A stretch of 64,000 nt of DNA from the NCBI GenBank assembly GCA_024679065.1, contig JAGIQG010000027.1:6076001-6140000 (forward strand), read 5' to 3'. The stretch comes from Sphyrna mokarran (Eukaryota). Of the stretch, positions 1-13,568 are shown one piece after another. Numbering within the stretch: the stretch's first letter is position 1; every line of letters begins with the position of its first letter. The notes under the pieces were generated by a model. It was not told the origin of the DNA. It did not search any database and saw only the letters and a program-made list of their open reading frames with translations. Both the position numbers and the translations under genes were made by a program.

Positions 1-13
1 ATGTTGAAAAGAA

Positions 14-200
14 TAACATAAGAACATAAGAAATAGGAGCAGGAGTAGGCCATTTAGCCCCTCGAGCCTGCCCTGCCATTCAATAAGATCATGGCTGATC
101 TGTAGTGGATCAGTACCACTTTCCCGCTTTCTCCCCATAATCCTTAATTCCCTTGTCAATCAAAAACCTATCCACTCTTGACTTGAACATATTTCAGTGC
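14..200 (-). mobile_element. CR1 LINE 3' end fragment
   Basis: Reverse-complement CR1 tail 'acataagaaataggagcaggagtaggccatttagcccctcgagcctg...'. The same tail family occurs at 58664-58740. Confidence 0.75.
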
Positions 201-265
201 TATGAGCCAAGTGAGATTAGTGGAGATTTAGTGTAGTTTTGTTGGTGTAGTTTCTTCAAACAGTA

Positions 266-730
266 TAGAAGAACATAGAACATTACAGCGCAGAACAGGC
301 CCTTCGGCCTTCGATGTTGCGCCAACCAATTATGAAAAAAGTAATGACCCTCCAAACTAAACCATTCCCTTCTCTTCCATAAACTTATCAACTAACCTCT
401 TAAACGCCACCAAACTTGGTGCATCTACAACTGCCGCAGGCAGGGCATTCCACTTCCTAACTACCCTCTGGGTAAAGACCCTACCTCTGATATCTGTCCT
501 ATAACTATCACCCCTTAATTTAAAGCTGTGTCCCCTTGTGCTAACTTTCTCCATCCTAGGAAAAAGGCTATCACTGTCCACCCTATCTAAACCTCTAATC
601 ATCTTATATGTTTCGATAAGGTCTCCTCTTAGCCGCCTCCTTTCTAATGAAAACAACCTCAAATCCCTCAGCCTCTCCTCGTAAGACCTGCCCTCCATAC
701 CAGGCAACATCCTGCTAAACCTCCTCTGTA
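266..730 (-). mobile_element. Young 5'-truncated CR1 LINE (ORF2 C-terminus plus 3' UTR)
   Basis: ORF 357..710 (LFSLERRRLRGDLIETYK...FTQRVVRKWNALP) is the CR1 ORF2 C-terminus. It has an agaacat-repeat tail and is near-identical to 33141-33875 and 13033-13233. Confidence 0.92.
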
Positions 731-1082
731 CCAGGATGTTGCCTTCAAGAAAGGCCTCTTCTGTACTGTATTGCTTTGACTCTATGAGCAGGAAGTGCAG
801 AAGTCAGTATGCCTGTTGGCTTTGTGGCAACGATAGCAAACTTGCACGAATATGAGGGTTAGTGAGTTCTGGGCTTATTATAACTGATGGTGGCCTGTGT
901 GGTGGCTCACTTGCCTTGCTATTCGTGTGTCCAGGCAATCATGGAATGGGCCTCTGCTGTTTGCAAAGTTCTTGGGAGATGCATCTCTTTGTGGTGTTTA
1001 CTTCCATGGGGGTGGTGAGAGAGTGCCCAGAGAATTGCACAGTGAGGGGTGTCCTCATATCTGAAAGATAATTAGATGAGTT

Positions 1083-1260
1083 TTGTTATTTTCATTGAGA
1101 TGTGGGTTGCACAGCATTTATTACCCATTCCTAATTACCCTTGTGTGAGTAGCCGCCTTGAACTGCTACTGTCCAAGTGACATAGAAATACCCACAGTGC
1201 TATTTAGGAAGCAAGCTTCAGGATTTTGACCCAGCAACAGTGAAGGGATACTTGGAGGGG
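1083..1260 (-). mobile_element. Old CR1-clade LINE 3' end
   Basis: 'gcatttattacccattcctaattaccctt...cccacagtgct...caggattttgacccagcaacagtgaagg' is the reverse complement of the LINE tails at 42925-43090 and 52085-52260. Confidence 0.6.
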
Positions 1261-1789
1261 CAACATATTGGGAATGTGTGTGGAGAGCAATCCCAGAAAT
1301 GGGCTGCTTTGCTCAATACCAGCTCTGCTGCAGCTGCGCAGGCAGTGAGGGACCAGAAACAGGTTGGGATATTGGTTTTCTTGCTATTGAGCTCGGTGAC
1401 AGAATTGTGAAGGCCCCAAGGAGTCCACTGTGCCTTTTTTCATGAAGGTGCTGTTATGCTGGGCCATTTACATATTGTACAATGAGAAGAAAAAGTATGA
1501 AACTAAGCACTTGTTTCCTGAGCGGCAGCCAATGTCCTCCAGCTATCTATCTTCTACCATGCTTGGAACCAACTTGAGTTTTCCAACAATGGTAGTAGTT
1601 GAGGTAGATATTTCATTTGTCCTGCTCTGGAATTGGCCTGGCTTTATTTTGCTTAATTAGGCAGCAGACCTGTCTCTGGGCTACTTAAGTTCCTGATCCC
1701 TGGAAAATCCCACTTTCCAGCAGGCTCGTGATGGAAGCAGGTTTCTGATCTGGGACTGAATCCATCTTCCATCTTGTGTCTCCAAAGGG

Positions 1790-2130
1790 AAAATCCAGTC
1801 TTTCATCTTCAGTTACATATGAGGCCTTGTTCTTCCTTTGAAACTCCTCCAGCATTCGATCTCTTCTTGCACTCATCTTCCAACTTTATTCAACCTTTGT
1901 ACGTTCCCCTTACTGCAGCGTTTGGTGGCAAGTCTTCAGCCTCAACCCTATTCTGAAATTCAAAAGTCCTATTTATCTCTCCTCTCACCACATCTAAAAA
2001 CAAAACTCCAAAAAAAACCCGTTTTGCTCACTTCCTCTGAACTACTTCTTTTGTGGCTTAGTTTTTTAGCCTATCTGTAAAAATCCTTTGAATTTTTTCT
2101 GCATTAGAGATCTTTTATAAGTACTATCTG
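1790..2130 (+). mobile_element. Old L2 LINE 3' end remnant
   Basis: Degenerate resemblance to the L2 3' region ('ttggtggcaagtcttcagcc...tctgaaattc...cctctcacc'). No ORF. Confidence 0.4.
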
Positions 2131-3764
2131 TGCTTTTTTATATTGAAAAAGTGTTAAAATAATAAGGGAATAAAATGTAACAAAGTGAGTTGGCTTGATT
2201 TTAATTGTTTTGGAGTAGAATTGATTTAAAAGCAAGTTACTGCTTGTTTTCACATATTTCTGCTTGTTAAACCAGTATGAAAAACTTGAGCCATGAGTTT
2301 TGCTGCCATGAAGGAATTATGGTAAATCCAGTTATTAATATGTCATTATATTTTTAGAAATACTTAATGTCATGAGTATTTGGAGATACAGAACTTGAAA
2401 AAAGCAAATTTGTTTGTCAAACTGGGCAGTATTGTTTACTTGAGAACCCAGTTAATCCCTGTGTTTTACGCTGTTTTGAAATGTTGAATAAAGGAGTATC
2501 TTTTTTTGATTATGTAGCATCAGAGATTTGAATGGGGTATTTTTCATCTGCGTTTTTTTTCCTGTTATTTCCCAAATTGGTGCTGCTTTAAAAATAAAAA
2601 AAAAATGCTTAAAATGGCTGGGAGAGAAAGGAGATACTATCTTTCCCTTTGTAGGGAAGAATCTAGAAACCATATATTGTTACTTAATTACAGATATGGG
2701 CAGGTAATGTGTGGCAATCAGAGAAATTGTTCTCTAATGGTCATTATAAACACATGATGTGCTGTTATTCATGCATCTTGATCATTAGTGCACCATGAAA
2801 GCTATTTGGGGATTCATTTATCAGACATTTGCTCCATGTGATCTGAGCATTGTAGCTGTGTCTTCACGATCAAAGTATCTTTGCTTAATGTGTCAATATT
2901 TTAAAGAACTTGGGCATCAGAAATCATTAGAGCTCGAGTGAAAATGACTTCTCAATGTGGCATGTACATGTTGAAGAAACTTTACAGGTATAAAATAACA
3001 TCATTAGAATAATATGCTTTGAGCATGATTGGCAGACTCGTATCTTTTGTCCTAAAGGCATTCATTTGCATTAAACTAAACTATCTTTGGTGATTATTTT
3101 GGATGCTTCTGTAATGATTTAGATTTTGCTTGACAGGCTGCTACCTAAGTCATTGAATCTGTCCACAGCCTGAAATGTGTGACCACTAATTGTGATGCTG
3201 GGGGATTGTCTGGACTTTTCGGAAGAGTAGCATCAGATTTCAATAGTTAGAAGTAATTGCAAGCAAGCTGTTGCAATTTTTTTTCCTGCACGTGTTTGGC
3301 TACGAGAATAGACTCCAATCAATATAAAAACTGAAAATGTTAGAAATACTCAGGTTGGGCAACATCAGTGGAGAGAAAATTAAAGTTAATATTTCAGGCT
3401 GTTGAACTTTCCTAAGATTTTTATTAACATTTATCTAAGATTAACTGACTGAGAGGTGCATAAAATCCTACCTTAATGGAAGTGATTGGCTTCCAGTTGC
3501 CACCTTCTTTATTGTCTAAGTCTTGTATCTTGCTGTGTAAGAATGACATGAGCTTGTAGTTTATTGCATCAGCAAGTTATAACATGTTAGCAAAAAATCT
3601 CACTGGATGGTTTAGCCATTAATACTTAAATTGGGTTTATTGAAGGTTACAGGAATAGAAAGTGAAGAAGTTGGAGGTTTTCTACTCTTTTCTACTCTTT
3701 TTAAAGAATTTTATTATTTTTTCACTTCTGCATATTAAGTAATAAAGCAAAAGCAATTCTGAGA

Positions 3765-3965
3765 AAAACAAATTACTGCAGATGCTGGAATCTGGAACTA
3801 AAAAATGAAATGCTGGAATATTTCTGCAGGTCTGACCACATCTCTGGAAAGAACAGAAGTAATGTTTCAAGTCTGCATGACTTGACAAGAAGTCAAGACT
3901 TGAAATATTAGTTCTCTCCACACATGAGTTGTGCTGAACTTTTCTAGCATTTTCTCTTTTGTTTG
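3765..3965. mobile_element. Penelope-derived palindromic short element
   Basis: Starts with 'actgcagatgctggaatctg...aaatgctggaa', the same terminus as the Penelope at 22740. The second half is an imperfect reverse complement of the first. Related half-copies lie at 3325-3415 and 18133-18262. Confidence 0.6.
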
Positions 3966-4006
3966 TGAAAGTAATTCTGTGCGCTGCTTACACATGTTGC
4001 AAAAAA

Positions 4007-5337
4007 TGTCATGATGGTTGTTAAGAAGGCCTCAGGGGATAGTCAATAGATCTCTTTGTGGGCTTTGTGGAATACAAACTCCCTTAGTAAGCAGGTGGAG
4101 GCTTGTTCAAGAGGAAGCATACAGCAGTAGTTTATAAACCGGTACTCCATCTAGATTGGTGTTGTAGGTCCCAAGGTGTTGCACTTGTCTAGCTGTGAGC
4201 TGTGGGAGCAGTCGCTTTCTTGGAACGTAATTAAAGGTGCTTGGAATGGGAAAGTGCTGTTTGGTTGAATTGTTACATTAGTGACTAGGAATATTTTTTC
4301 ATCTCCCTCCTCTAGATAACCTCCATAAGTCGAGAATCTTCTCCAGTAAGATAAAGCCATTAAGCTTTTTGGGAAACTTGAATCCTATGATTACTAGCAG
4401 TGATTTCCAGCTCTCCAATATTATCTGACACTCTGAACTGCACCGTGCAACATGTCATCAAATGGACTAGTGAAATGAGTGATACAAGCCTTTAAAAACA
4501 ATATGACAAAGCAACTGGCAGCATCTACGGAGACTAAACTGGCGTGGTTTTTGTTCAAGGGCAGGATCACACTGCACGCAGCAGGGATTGCTCCAGTGGA
4601 GTTCTTAATGGGACAGCAGTTTCATACCAAATCAAGCCAAATTTGGGTGGAATCCAACAAGAAATCCAAAAACAAAATTATGATTCTTAAGAGATCTGGT
4701 TCATGTGGAAAAATTGAGAATTGCACCATTTATGGACAAAACGGAATCAGTATCATGCCAAGTCAAAGTTTAGGGTAAAATTTTGAGCAAGTACTTGGAA
4801 CATCTCCGAGACAGCGAGTCAATGCTTGAGCAGGATCCACACCCAGCCTTGGAGATGGCCAGTGGCAGCCCTCAGCTTGAAGTTAATTCCCATTAGTGGG
4901 AGGAACCTGCCCCTTGGTAACACTTTGATGCTCCTTCTGGAAACAAAGATCCCCTGTCCTGTCTACACTCCTGACACACCTGCTTTTGACCAATCTCTCT
5001 TGCTGAACATCAAAAAGGACCTGTTTGCAATGGTAGTGTGAGGAAGGAACTCGGCCATATGGGGAAGGGATATTATGATAGCTACAATGGTTGTAAGGGA
5101 ATTGTTGATAGATGTCTAGGGGCTTCATGGAGTACAAACTCCCTTATTGACAGATGGAGGGTTGGCCAATGGAAAGCCTTCAGTGAGGGCTTTTAACCTG
5201 TTACTTCACCTGGACTGATTTGTAGGGCCCTGAGGTCTTGTACTACCTAGCTGTGGGCAGTGTGCACAATCTCTTTTTTTGGTATGTAATAAACAGTGCT
5301 TGGTGACAGGAAACTGTTGTTCGGCTGCATTATTACA
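4007..5337 (+). mobile_element. Internally deleted Gypsy-type LTR retrotransposon (two ~270-bp LTRs plus integrase remnant)
   Basis: Diverged direct repeats 4007-4277 and 5071-5337 share 'tacaaactccctta' and 'aaaggtgcttgg/aacagtgcttgg', and both end in ttaca. PPT ggggaaggga at 5061-5070 and a decayed PBS-like 'ttagtgactagga' at 4278. ORF 4479..4778 (IQAFKNNM...LAWFLFKGRITLH..GIAPVEFLMG) resembles a Gypsy integrase C-terminal core. Confidence 0.75.
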
Positions 5338-6553
5338 GTGACATAGAAGTTACAAGAAACCTATCCTTCAGTGTAAAGAAAACAGCAGTGTGGAATAATG
5401 GTAAAATAGTAGAGCTGTGTGGCTTTAATTCAAACTTTTTTTTGACACTGAGGGCTTTGATTTGCCAAAGGATCACGGATATATGACTGAAGTGCAATTG
5501 AATGCACTTATTGGAAGCTAGATGGTGCAATTGACTACACTTAAAAACTGTTGAAGTAGTCTCATGACATATTCACATGCCCACTCCTGCAAATATTAAA
5601 GGAGGCTTATTAAAATGGTAATAGTTGACCAGATGAAGGCTTATCCAAATCCAGTGCAAATGAATAATTGCCACCTTTTCTGCTTACTGCTGGTGTAAAT
5701 TTTACTTTGCTTTTTTTCCTTGTCTTGATTGCATGACAACGCAAACTGACTTAGTTAGGAGCCTGCCTTTCCAAAATACTTTGCACTTTTGTACATCTTT
5801 AATCTATTTTTCTTGTTTTAAGTTATTGAAATCTATACTCATTCTTTTGGTGGTACACTGATAATTCTTGGATTTGTAATTTCAATATTATTCTGGTACT
5901 TGGTGTGATAACCGAGCAGGGTACGAATATTTGACACCATTGCTTGTTAATGTTAAAACCACTTTGATAAGAGGTTAGGTGGACCTGAAGATCGTGTGTA
6001 TTTTTCAGCAAAGCATAACATCCTGTCTTGACCTTACTCCTCGACATCCTAATATTTATTGAAAAGTTAACAATCTCCAACGAAGGAGCTTATTTTTTTT
6101 TTTGTTTTGGACAGTTGATTGTAGTGTTAGCTCTTCATTGAAATTTCAGCACCACTTTTTCCCCCAAACCTTGATCCTCACAGATTTGTGCACTGGTGCT
6201 AGGAAAACAAACTGCAGCTACCACCATCCTGTTATTTTTACAAATATTGTTAATATCAAGCTATCATTAACTCATTTAAAAGGTAGAGTGAAACTTGGAC
6301 ATAAAGTTTGTTGTACCTGCATGTTACTTTTAGTAACTGATCTCGAAAGGAGAGTTATAAAATTTAGATATGAGGGTTTGTGGATGCATGTGGGCAAAAT
6401 TTTTAACTTGCTATATACTCAGCCTTTTAATTTAAAGTTACTTAATTGAAACTACACTTTCCTCTATTGTTTTATTTACAGTGCTTCATTTAAATTGCTG
6501 CATAGTTCAATTTTTTTTAACCATTGTAAAGTGATTTGAATTAACTAATATTT

Positions 6554-7199
6554 TGTTAAGGCTGAGATCAGAAACTCCGAGGTATTTTATGAAGTTAGCT
6601 TAGACTCTAACTTTTAATTTGATTTTGGGACTAAGGTGAGGATAAGGTGTTTCACTCGAGGTATGATTCCAGTGACCCACAAGGAAGCTTTTATCAAAAC
6701 AAACTTAATTTAAGAATACACAATACAAGAAAAAGAATTAGCTACCAATTTAAAATACTTAATCATGACAAAGTATAATTCACAGCTAGCTATTTCTATT
6801 GTTCCAATTTAGCAGTGTTAAATCCCTTTTTTAGAACCAGTTAGCAAAGAAAACCGTATGCATACGTGGCTACTAGAGTTTTGACCTTAACACCTCTAGT
6901 GAGTGATCCAGACAGATACTTGTCTTCTCATTCTCTTACAGCAACCTCCTGAGAGTTTCACTCCAAACAGTAGAATCTCACAGTGATTTATTTCCTAGCA
7001 GATTCTAGTTTCCAAACCTCAGAACAAGGAAAGAGGCATTTCTTCTCCCAAAAAGCCTGTGAGCTTGGGTTTCCTATATAAGCCTAGCTGTACCCAGTCT
7101 GACATTGCGTGTCAATCAACCTAATAAAGCCCTACTTTGCAACATGCCAGGGGAAAACAAAATAACAGAACCCTGTTAATTCAAACAAACATTGTAACA
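6554..7199. mobile_element. Probable solo LTR
   Basis: TG...CA termini (tgttaagg...cattgtaaca), with a composition different from the T-rich flanks. No internal coding sequence and no clean TSD. Confidence 0.35.
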
Positions 7200-7714
7200 A
7201 TTAAGATTAATTATGCAGTTGCAGTAACAACACAGTGCTGCTGTATATAGATAGAACAGCTCTGATAATAAAAGCAAACTTTTATACATTAGATTGTACA
7301 TGAAATAATTTTTCAGAGGCTGGTATCCTTCATCTGATTCCCTTTTATTTACAAACTTGCCTCCACTCGTAAAAGTGCTCCAGATACAAAATCTAAATCA
7401 AGAGTGTCAGTAGCTCTGACACTGCTTGATAAATGTATACAGCTGAGATTCCCTGATTGGGTAGGAAATCATTATCTCAATCAGGACGCTCATATTCCAA
7501 GAGGCCAGCTTCATGGGCCTTATTGAAGTCATTACACTGTACAAAAAAAATAATAATTACATTTCTTAAAGGAACACTATTGTTACAGTTTACTCTGCCA
7601 AAGAAGTTAATCATAGGCTCCATGCTTAAAAAAACTTGTGATGTATGAACAATATAATTGATCATGACTCTTGAAATTGTGTGTACTTAACAATGTATAT
7701 TATCCTTTTCAAAA

Positions 7715-8560
7715 ATAAGTAATTTCAACATATTAATATGCAAAGGTGCTTCAGAGAAATGTAAACAGATCACAATCAACATGAGCCAAAGAAACGGATA
7801 AATCTTTAAGACAGCTGACTCGAAGCTTGGTTAAAGAGGTAGAAAGTAGGAAGAAATCGAGAGATTTAGGGAAGAAATTCCAGTGTTATGGCCCTAATAG
7901 AAGTTAAGAGGGCTGAAGTGTGGGATGTACAAAAAGATAAAGAATGCAGCTCTTTTAGTGGAGTTGGAGGAGATTATAGATATAGAGTGGGTGAGACCAC
8001 ATGAAGGAATTTAAACAGCAGGGTAAACATTTAAAAGTTCAGAAGTTGGTGGATAGGGAGCCATCGAATAGGTGAATAAATATGACTTGGTGAGAGTTAC
8101 AGGATATGTGTAACAAAGTTTTGAATGAACCAACTTTATGGAGAATGCAGGATGGGAGAGGCAGGCCAGGAAAGCATTGGAATAGTCAAGTCTGGATATA
8201 ACAAAAGGCATGCTTCAGGAATTCAGAAGCAGAGACATAAATGGGTGATGTTATGGAAATGGGCGATGAGGATATATGGCTGGAATGTTGAAAACTCGCT
8301 TAGGGGGTTAAGTAGAAGCTGAGGTTGTGAACGATCTGGTTTACTTTGAGGCATTAATAATGAATGGAATTCATGACTAGAGAATACAGTTTGTGATGAA
8401 GGCTGAAGGCAATGATTTTAATCTTTCTAATATTTAATTGGCAGAAAATTAATCACCCAGGAAAGTTGGACTAGCAGCCTCTCAACAGAGGTGGTGAATA
8501 ATTTGAGAGGAAGTGATGAGATGGATTGTGTCATCAATGTACATTTAAAATCTGACTGTG
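7715..8560 (-). mobile_element. L2 LINE remnant
   Basis: ORF 8011..8211 contains FVISRLDYSNAFLACL, which matches the L2 ORF2 motif HAFVTSRLDYxNALLxGL. An L2-like tail lies near 7715-7840. Confidence 0.7.
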
Positions 8561-10392
8561 TCTTTGTCAGCAGGTGGTGGCTTAGCAGATGAGAAATATA
8601 GGAAGGAATACTTGGTGAGGGGGAAGTATAGAAAGTTGTCTAGCCACTATTGGACATGTACAAGTCCTCACAGATATTGGGAGCAAAGGTAGCTTGGTCT
8701 GAAGCTGGCTGTCATCCGAAATAGTCAAAAGAATACAAGACTAGTAGATATGATAAGTATGTCTCCTTTTTCAAGAATATCTTGTTTCCTCACTATCTTC
8801 TTCAATCTTTATGTCCTCTACAAATGTGTTAATTATCTTTTGAGCCAGTATGTATATATTTCCTTATTTAATGGTAATTCCGTTGCAAAGGAGGTCCTTT
8901 TATAATTCATCCTGTATTGTTGAATGCAAGATTTACTTTAAATATTTTCTGGCTCTGTAAAGGAGGCTGCAATGTGAGGTATGCAGTGCAGTTGGCAACA
9001 ATGCTGAAGTCTTGCATAGCTTCAAGATCATTTTTAGAGAAGCTAATTCATCCAATGTGCTTGGTAAAAGACACGGAGTAGATAAAAGTAACTTGACACA
9101 AAGCAAAGTTGAAATTCTTGATCATCGTGTGAGCTAAAAACGTTTTCAGAATAGCAATCGCTTTTGCAGTGATGGGAATTTCATGATATTACTTTACAAT
9201 GGAAGGACTGGAGTTTCTTTTTAAAGGCATATTCGTGCAATTACTTAATGTAGATAGATGCTCCAAATTGCTAAGCAATTTTAGGCATGGACAAATTGAG
9301 AAACTGTTTTTGTGCAGTAGCTGTGGTTTTAGTAATAGTTTGGATCCCGTGTGACCTTGTCATTATCATGCGGTTGAATTTCATACTATTATAGCTTTAG
9401 ATGGGATTTTTATTCAATAAAAAAACTACAAAATATTACATAAGCAAAGTAAATTTTCAATGAAACACACATTTTGCAAAAATGTCTCCAATAAGAAGCT
9501 TTGAAAATTTCTTGCATTACCAGGACTGCACTGTTGTTTTTACCAACCAGATTAGTGTGGAACAGTGACATTCCTCTGTTACATCTCTCATAAATGCCAG
9601 GCTGGCCAATTTTCACATTCATTTTTAAAAAAAAATTATAAGATAAAATAGTGTAGCTCACAAGTAGTATTTAGTACCTAAATCCAGCCATAAAACTTTA
9701 TTCTAGTTTTATCATCTGCTGTATAGTCTGATCCATTACATTTTATTAAAAGCGATAGCTTTTTATCTTTGAATTGCCCTTTATGAGTCTTCATTAATTT
9801 TATGATAATATTCAACTTATTAAACAGTGAATCGGTAATATCACACTATTTCAAGAGTTTTTTTTTACCCAAATGAAAATACATTTTTGCGTTCAAGACA
9901 GTTTGGCTATTCTTACGTTGCTTAGGCAAGTTAACAACACTGCTGCACCAATTTTATAAAGGAGACACATTTTCAACCACTAGCCAGACCTCACTTCAAA
10001 AATTAGTAATACAGGAAAATCTTGAGGACCTTCCCTCATTACTTGCCTCATTTGATTTTTTTAGACTGACATAAATGGGCAGCCATCACTTCTACCTGGG
10101 ATTTTCATTATGGAAATGAGAACTAGGAGGGAGAGATAATAAGCTGTTGAATCAATGTTCTCTTTTACACTATCAACATAAGTCAAAATTATCCCTATAT
10201 GGATATGTAAGAAATAAGTAGATACTCCATTTGATTTTTGGTAAGAGAATTGACGTTAGACCAATCACCTTTCATAAGTATGTTTCAGTGCATGTAGTTC
10301 TAGTTGTTGTGCCTAAAAAAAGGGACGTCTTTTTTTTTTTTGTTAAGTTAACAGAATGAAAGGACAATTTACCTTGACTTAAGATGAGGTTT

Positions 10393-12433
10393 ACAAAGTA
10401 ATTGTTCAAAAATCAGCTCAGCCCAAGTATAAAATGAAAGAATATCCCCAGATGGAATTATAACCTGAACTTTAAAAAGCTGTTTAGCTTCCATCAGATC
10501 ATGTAAAAACATTCTTGGCTAACTTTCACCAATCACGCTCTCTCTAAGCAAGAAACAAACATTGTCTGGTCTTCATCATAAACATTAAAACTACTCAGTT
10601 CACAATCATCATGCTGAGCTGTAGCTATGGCATACTGGGGGAAAAAATTATCACCTCCATCCTAATCATGGTCATCCACATTCACAATGCGTAGTCAGGC
10701 GACTTCTTGGGTGTTTTGCATAAACACGGACATTTCTGGGAAGTTACTTAAAATGGTCTTTCCAGATGTTACTACCCCTCTCCATTTCAATAAGAAATTT
10801 AGAATGATCATGAAGATCGAAGCCCTATGAAGATGGAAATATAAAGACATTCAAAGGCTGTTCATAACTGGAAGGTTGATGGCATGTCAAACACCTTCTG
10901 TTATATGACATTATTTAGCCATCAACCCATTTGTGTGGGCAATTAAAACATTAATACAATGGTCACATGGCAGAAACTAGCTCGTGATGGAATATGTTAT
11001 TAATTCACAAGGACAGGCAGTCTAGGATAAGGACCCTAAAAAGGAAAGAACACTAGCTTAAAGTGACTTCAGGCAAGTGGAGCTTTTCCTGTAGTTGTGA
11101 AGCATAATTTTTACTACTGGGCTCAATCACTAATTTGGCTGAAAAACCAGAAATCTGGTACTGCATAGTGAACTCATCACCAGACATCTTTAACTTCAAC
11201 TTTTTCTTTAATGAACCAAGAGACAATTTTCAGACCTGCAACACTTCTGGTGACCTTCTTGAAGTAGTAGAGTAATATTGACTTCTAAAGCATTAAGAAA
11301 CCCAAGTGCATGCCACATCTTTTCATATGTGTCTTGTTTGAATGAGTTGGTGTTTATTGTGATTAACTCACTGGTGTTATGAAAATAAATGTATATCCGT
11401 TTGATTTAGACTTACAAGAGTGCTGGCTTTGTGTCTTTTTAAAAGACACAATACTCAGTTAAAACAGTCCTTAAAAATATTTTGTCAGTTAGGGGGAAAT
11501 TATCCAATAGCTCTCCCATGTCTGTAATATGGTAATTTTTTTTGTGTGGCTTTAATTGAATATTAATTATTCTATAGTTTTACTTTCAAATCTTTCAATT
11601 TTTGTTCAATAAAGCCTTGACTTTTCTGTCCTGTACTTCACAATTTAAATGTTGTCAAAAAAATTATGTAAGTTTGGTTGTTGTACATTGGGAAGGAGTA
11701 TAATCTTTAGGAATGAAAGTGAGATTTATTTTTTAAAGTTCAACCCTTGCTACATTAAATGGTTTGATTCTACTTAACAATGTGATGCCATTTCATTGCA
11801 GTAACAAAGAATCACTGTCAACTATATAGTTAATAAATGCAGATTCCTGCTTCGTAGTGAATACTTGTATTTAAGACTGCTCTGCTTCACAAAGTTGTAT
11901 CTTTCCTGTGAAGGAAAACAAGTAATCTACACAGTATCCTGAATTCCACATACTACCCTTGAACTTGGCTCAGAATTTTGTTTTTAAAGGAGTACATTCA
12001 TGCGATCACAAGTTTGGTCTGGAATGTCTTTTGCTATCCTGTGGGAACCCTTTGTGGGAGCGGTCAGGCAGGGCAAAGCAGGGAGCCTGCTGAGTTCAAA
12101 AGTGAAAAATTGAACCACAGTGAAATAATTGTTCAGTGTGAATGTATATGCCATAATTAGGATGGAGGCGGTAGTTTTTTCCCCAGTAAGCTATAGCTAC
12201 AGTTCAGCATGATTGTGAACTGAGTAATTTTAATGTTTCTTATGATGAAGACCAGATAATATTTTGTTTCTTGTTTAGTGAGAGTGTGATTGGTGAAAGT
12301 TAGCCAAGAATGTTTTTGCATGAGCTGTTGAATGCTAAATAGCTTTTTAAAGTTCAAGTTATAATTCCATCTTGGGGATATACTTTGCCTTTATACTTGG
12401 GCTGACTGGGTTTTGAACAATCTACTACCTTTG
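10393..12433. repeat. Long inverted repeat: ~300-bp arms (10393-10689, 12133-12433) with ~1.45-kb spacer
   Basis: Colinear reverse-complement blocks, e.g. 'cagcccaagtataaa'/'tttatacttgggctg', 'aaaaacattcttggctaactttcaccaatcac'/'gtgattggtgaaagttagccaagaatgttttt' and 'cctccatcctaat'/'attaggatggagg'. Confidence 0.9.
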
Positions 12434-13032
12434 CCAACTATATTAACTGAGTAGTAAAATCTTTGAGTATTTTATATGAACCAACCTATAGGATGCAGTT
12501 TGTGTACGAGGTGACTTTTTCCCCCATGACTTTTCAGTGAATATTGCATGTATGGCTATATGAATATTGTAACTAAGCAACTTGACCTCTATTGTATCTT
12601 GACATTTGCAAAACAAATTGCTGAGGTGTTCTGTAATTTTTGTGCCTTGCATATTTATTAAAGCTACGTCTGCAATATTTCATATTGTATGTGTGTGTTG
12701 GTGTTTCTTTATTTGTATGGTCTTCTACTGCTGATTTTATTACTTCATTAATTTATAAATACCTTTCTGCCATGAAAAAGATGAATAGCATCCAGAGCTT
12801 GCAAATGGGAGTGGTCATCATCTCATTTCCCTATATCCTTTGAACAAAAATTCTTGACTTTTTTAATGATTTACAGTAAGACGAGCCATTGATAGAAAAT
12901 TTTTGATCTTATTTCTGCTTTGGTTTGAGCAGAAGGCAAAGGCCTTATTTGCAATTGGGTGCCTTATCATCAAAAGACTATAAGACAGCAGAATTTGACC
13001 ACTCGACCCATTGAGTCTGTTCCACCAATCAG

Positions 13033-13233
13033 TCATAGAACATAGAACATTACAGCGCAGAACAGGCCCTTCGGCCTTCGATGTTGCGCCACCAATTAAG
13101 AAAAAGCAATGACCCTCTAACCTAAGCCATTCCCTCTTCATCCATAAACTTATCCACTAATCTCTCAAATGCCGCCAAACTTAGCGCATCTACAACTGCA
13201 GCAGGCAGGGCATTCCATACCCTCACCACCCTG
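13033..13233 (-). mobile_element. Young CR1 3' fragment nested in an older CR1 tail
   Basis: Near-identical to 266-470. The host tail resumes at 'tatcatggctgat' (13234). Confidence 0.85.
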
Positions 13234-13568
13234 TATCATGGCTGATACTTTTCTCATTTCATTCTCCTCCCTTTTCCCTAATCCTTTATTAATCAAGAAC
13301 CTATCTATCTCTGACTTAGATACTCAACCAGGCCTCCATAGACTTTGTGGCAGAGAGTTCAGCAGATTCACCACTCTTTGGCTGTAGTGATTCCTCCTCA
13401 TCTTTGTTTTAAAGGATTGTCCCTTTAATTTGAGATTGTGCCCTGAGGTTCTAGTTTTTCCTATTGGTGGAAATACCCTCTCCATATCCACTCTACCCAG
13501 GCCTTCTGATATTCTGTAAATTTCAATAAGATTGCACCTCATCCTTCTAAACCCCAATGAGTACAGAC

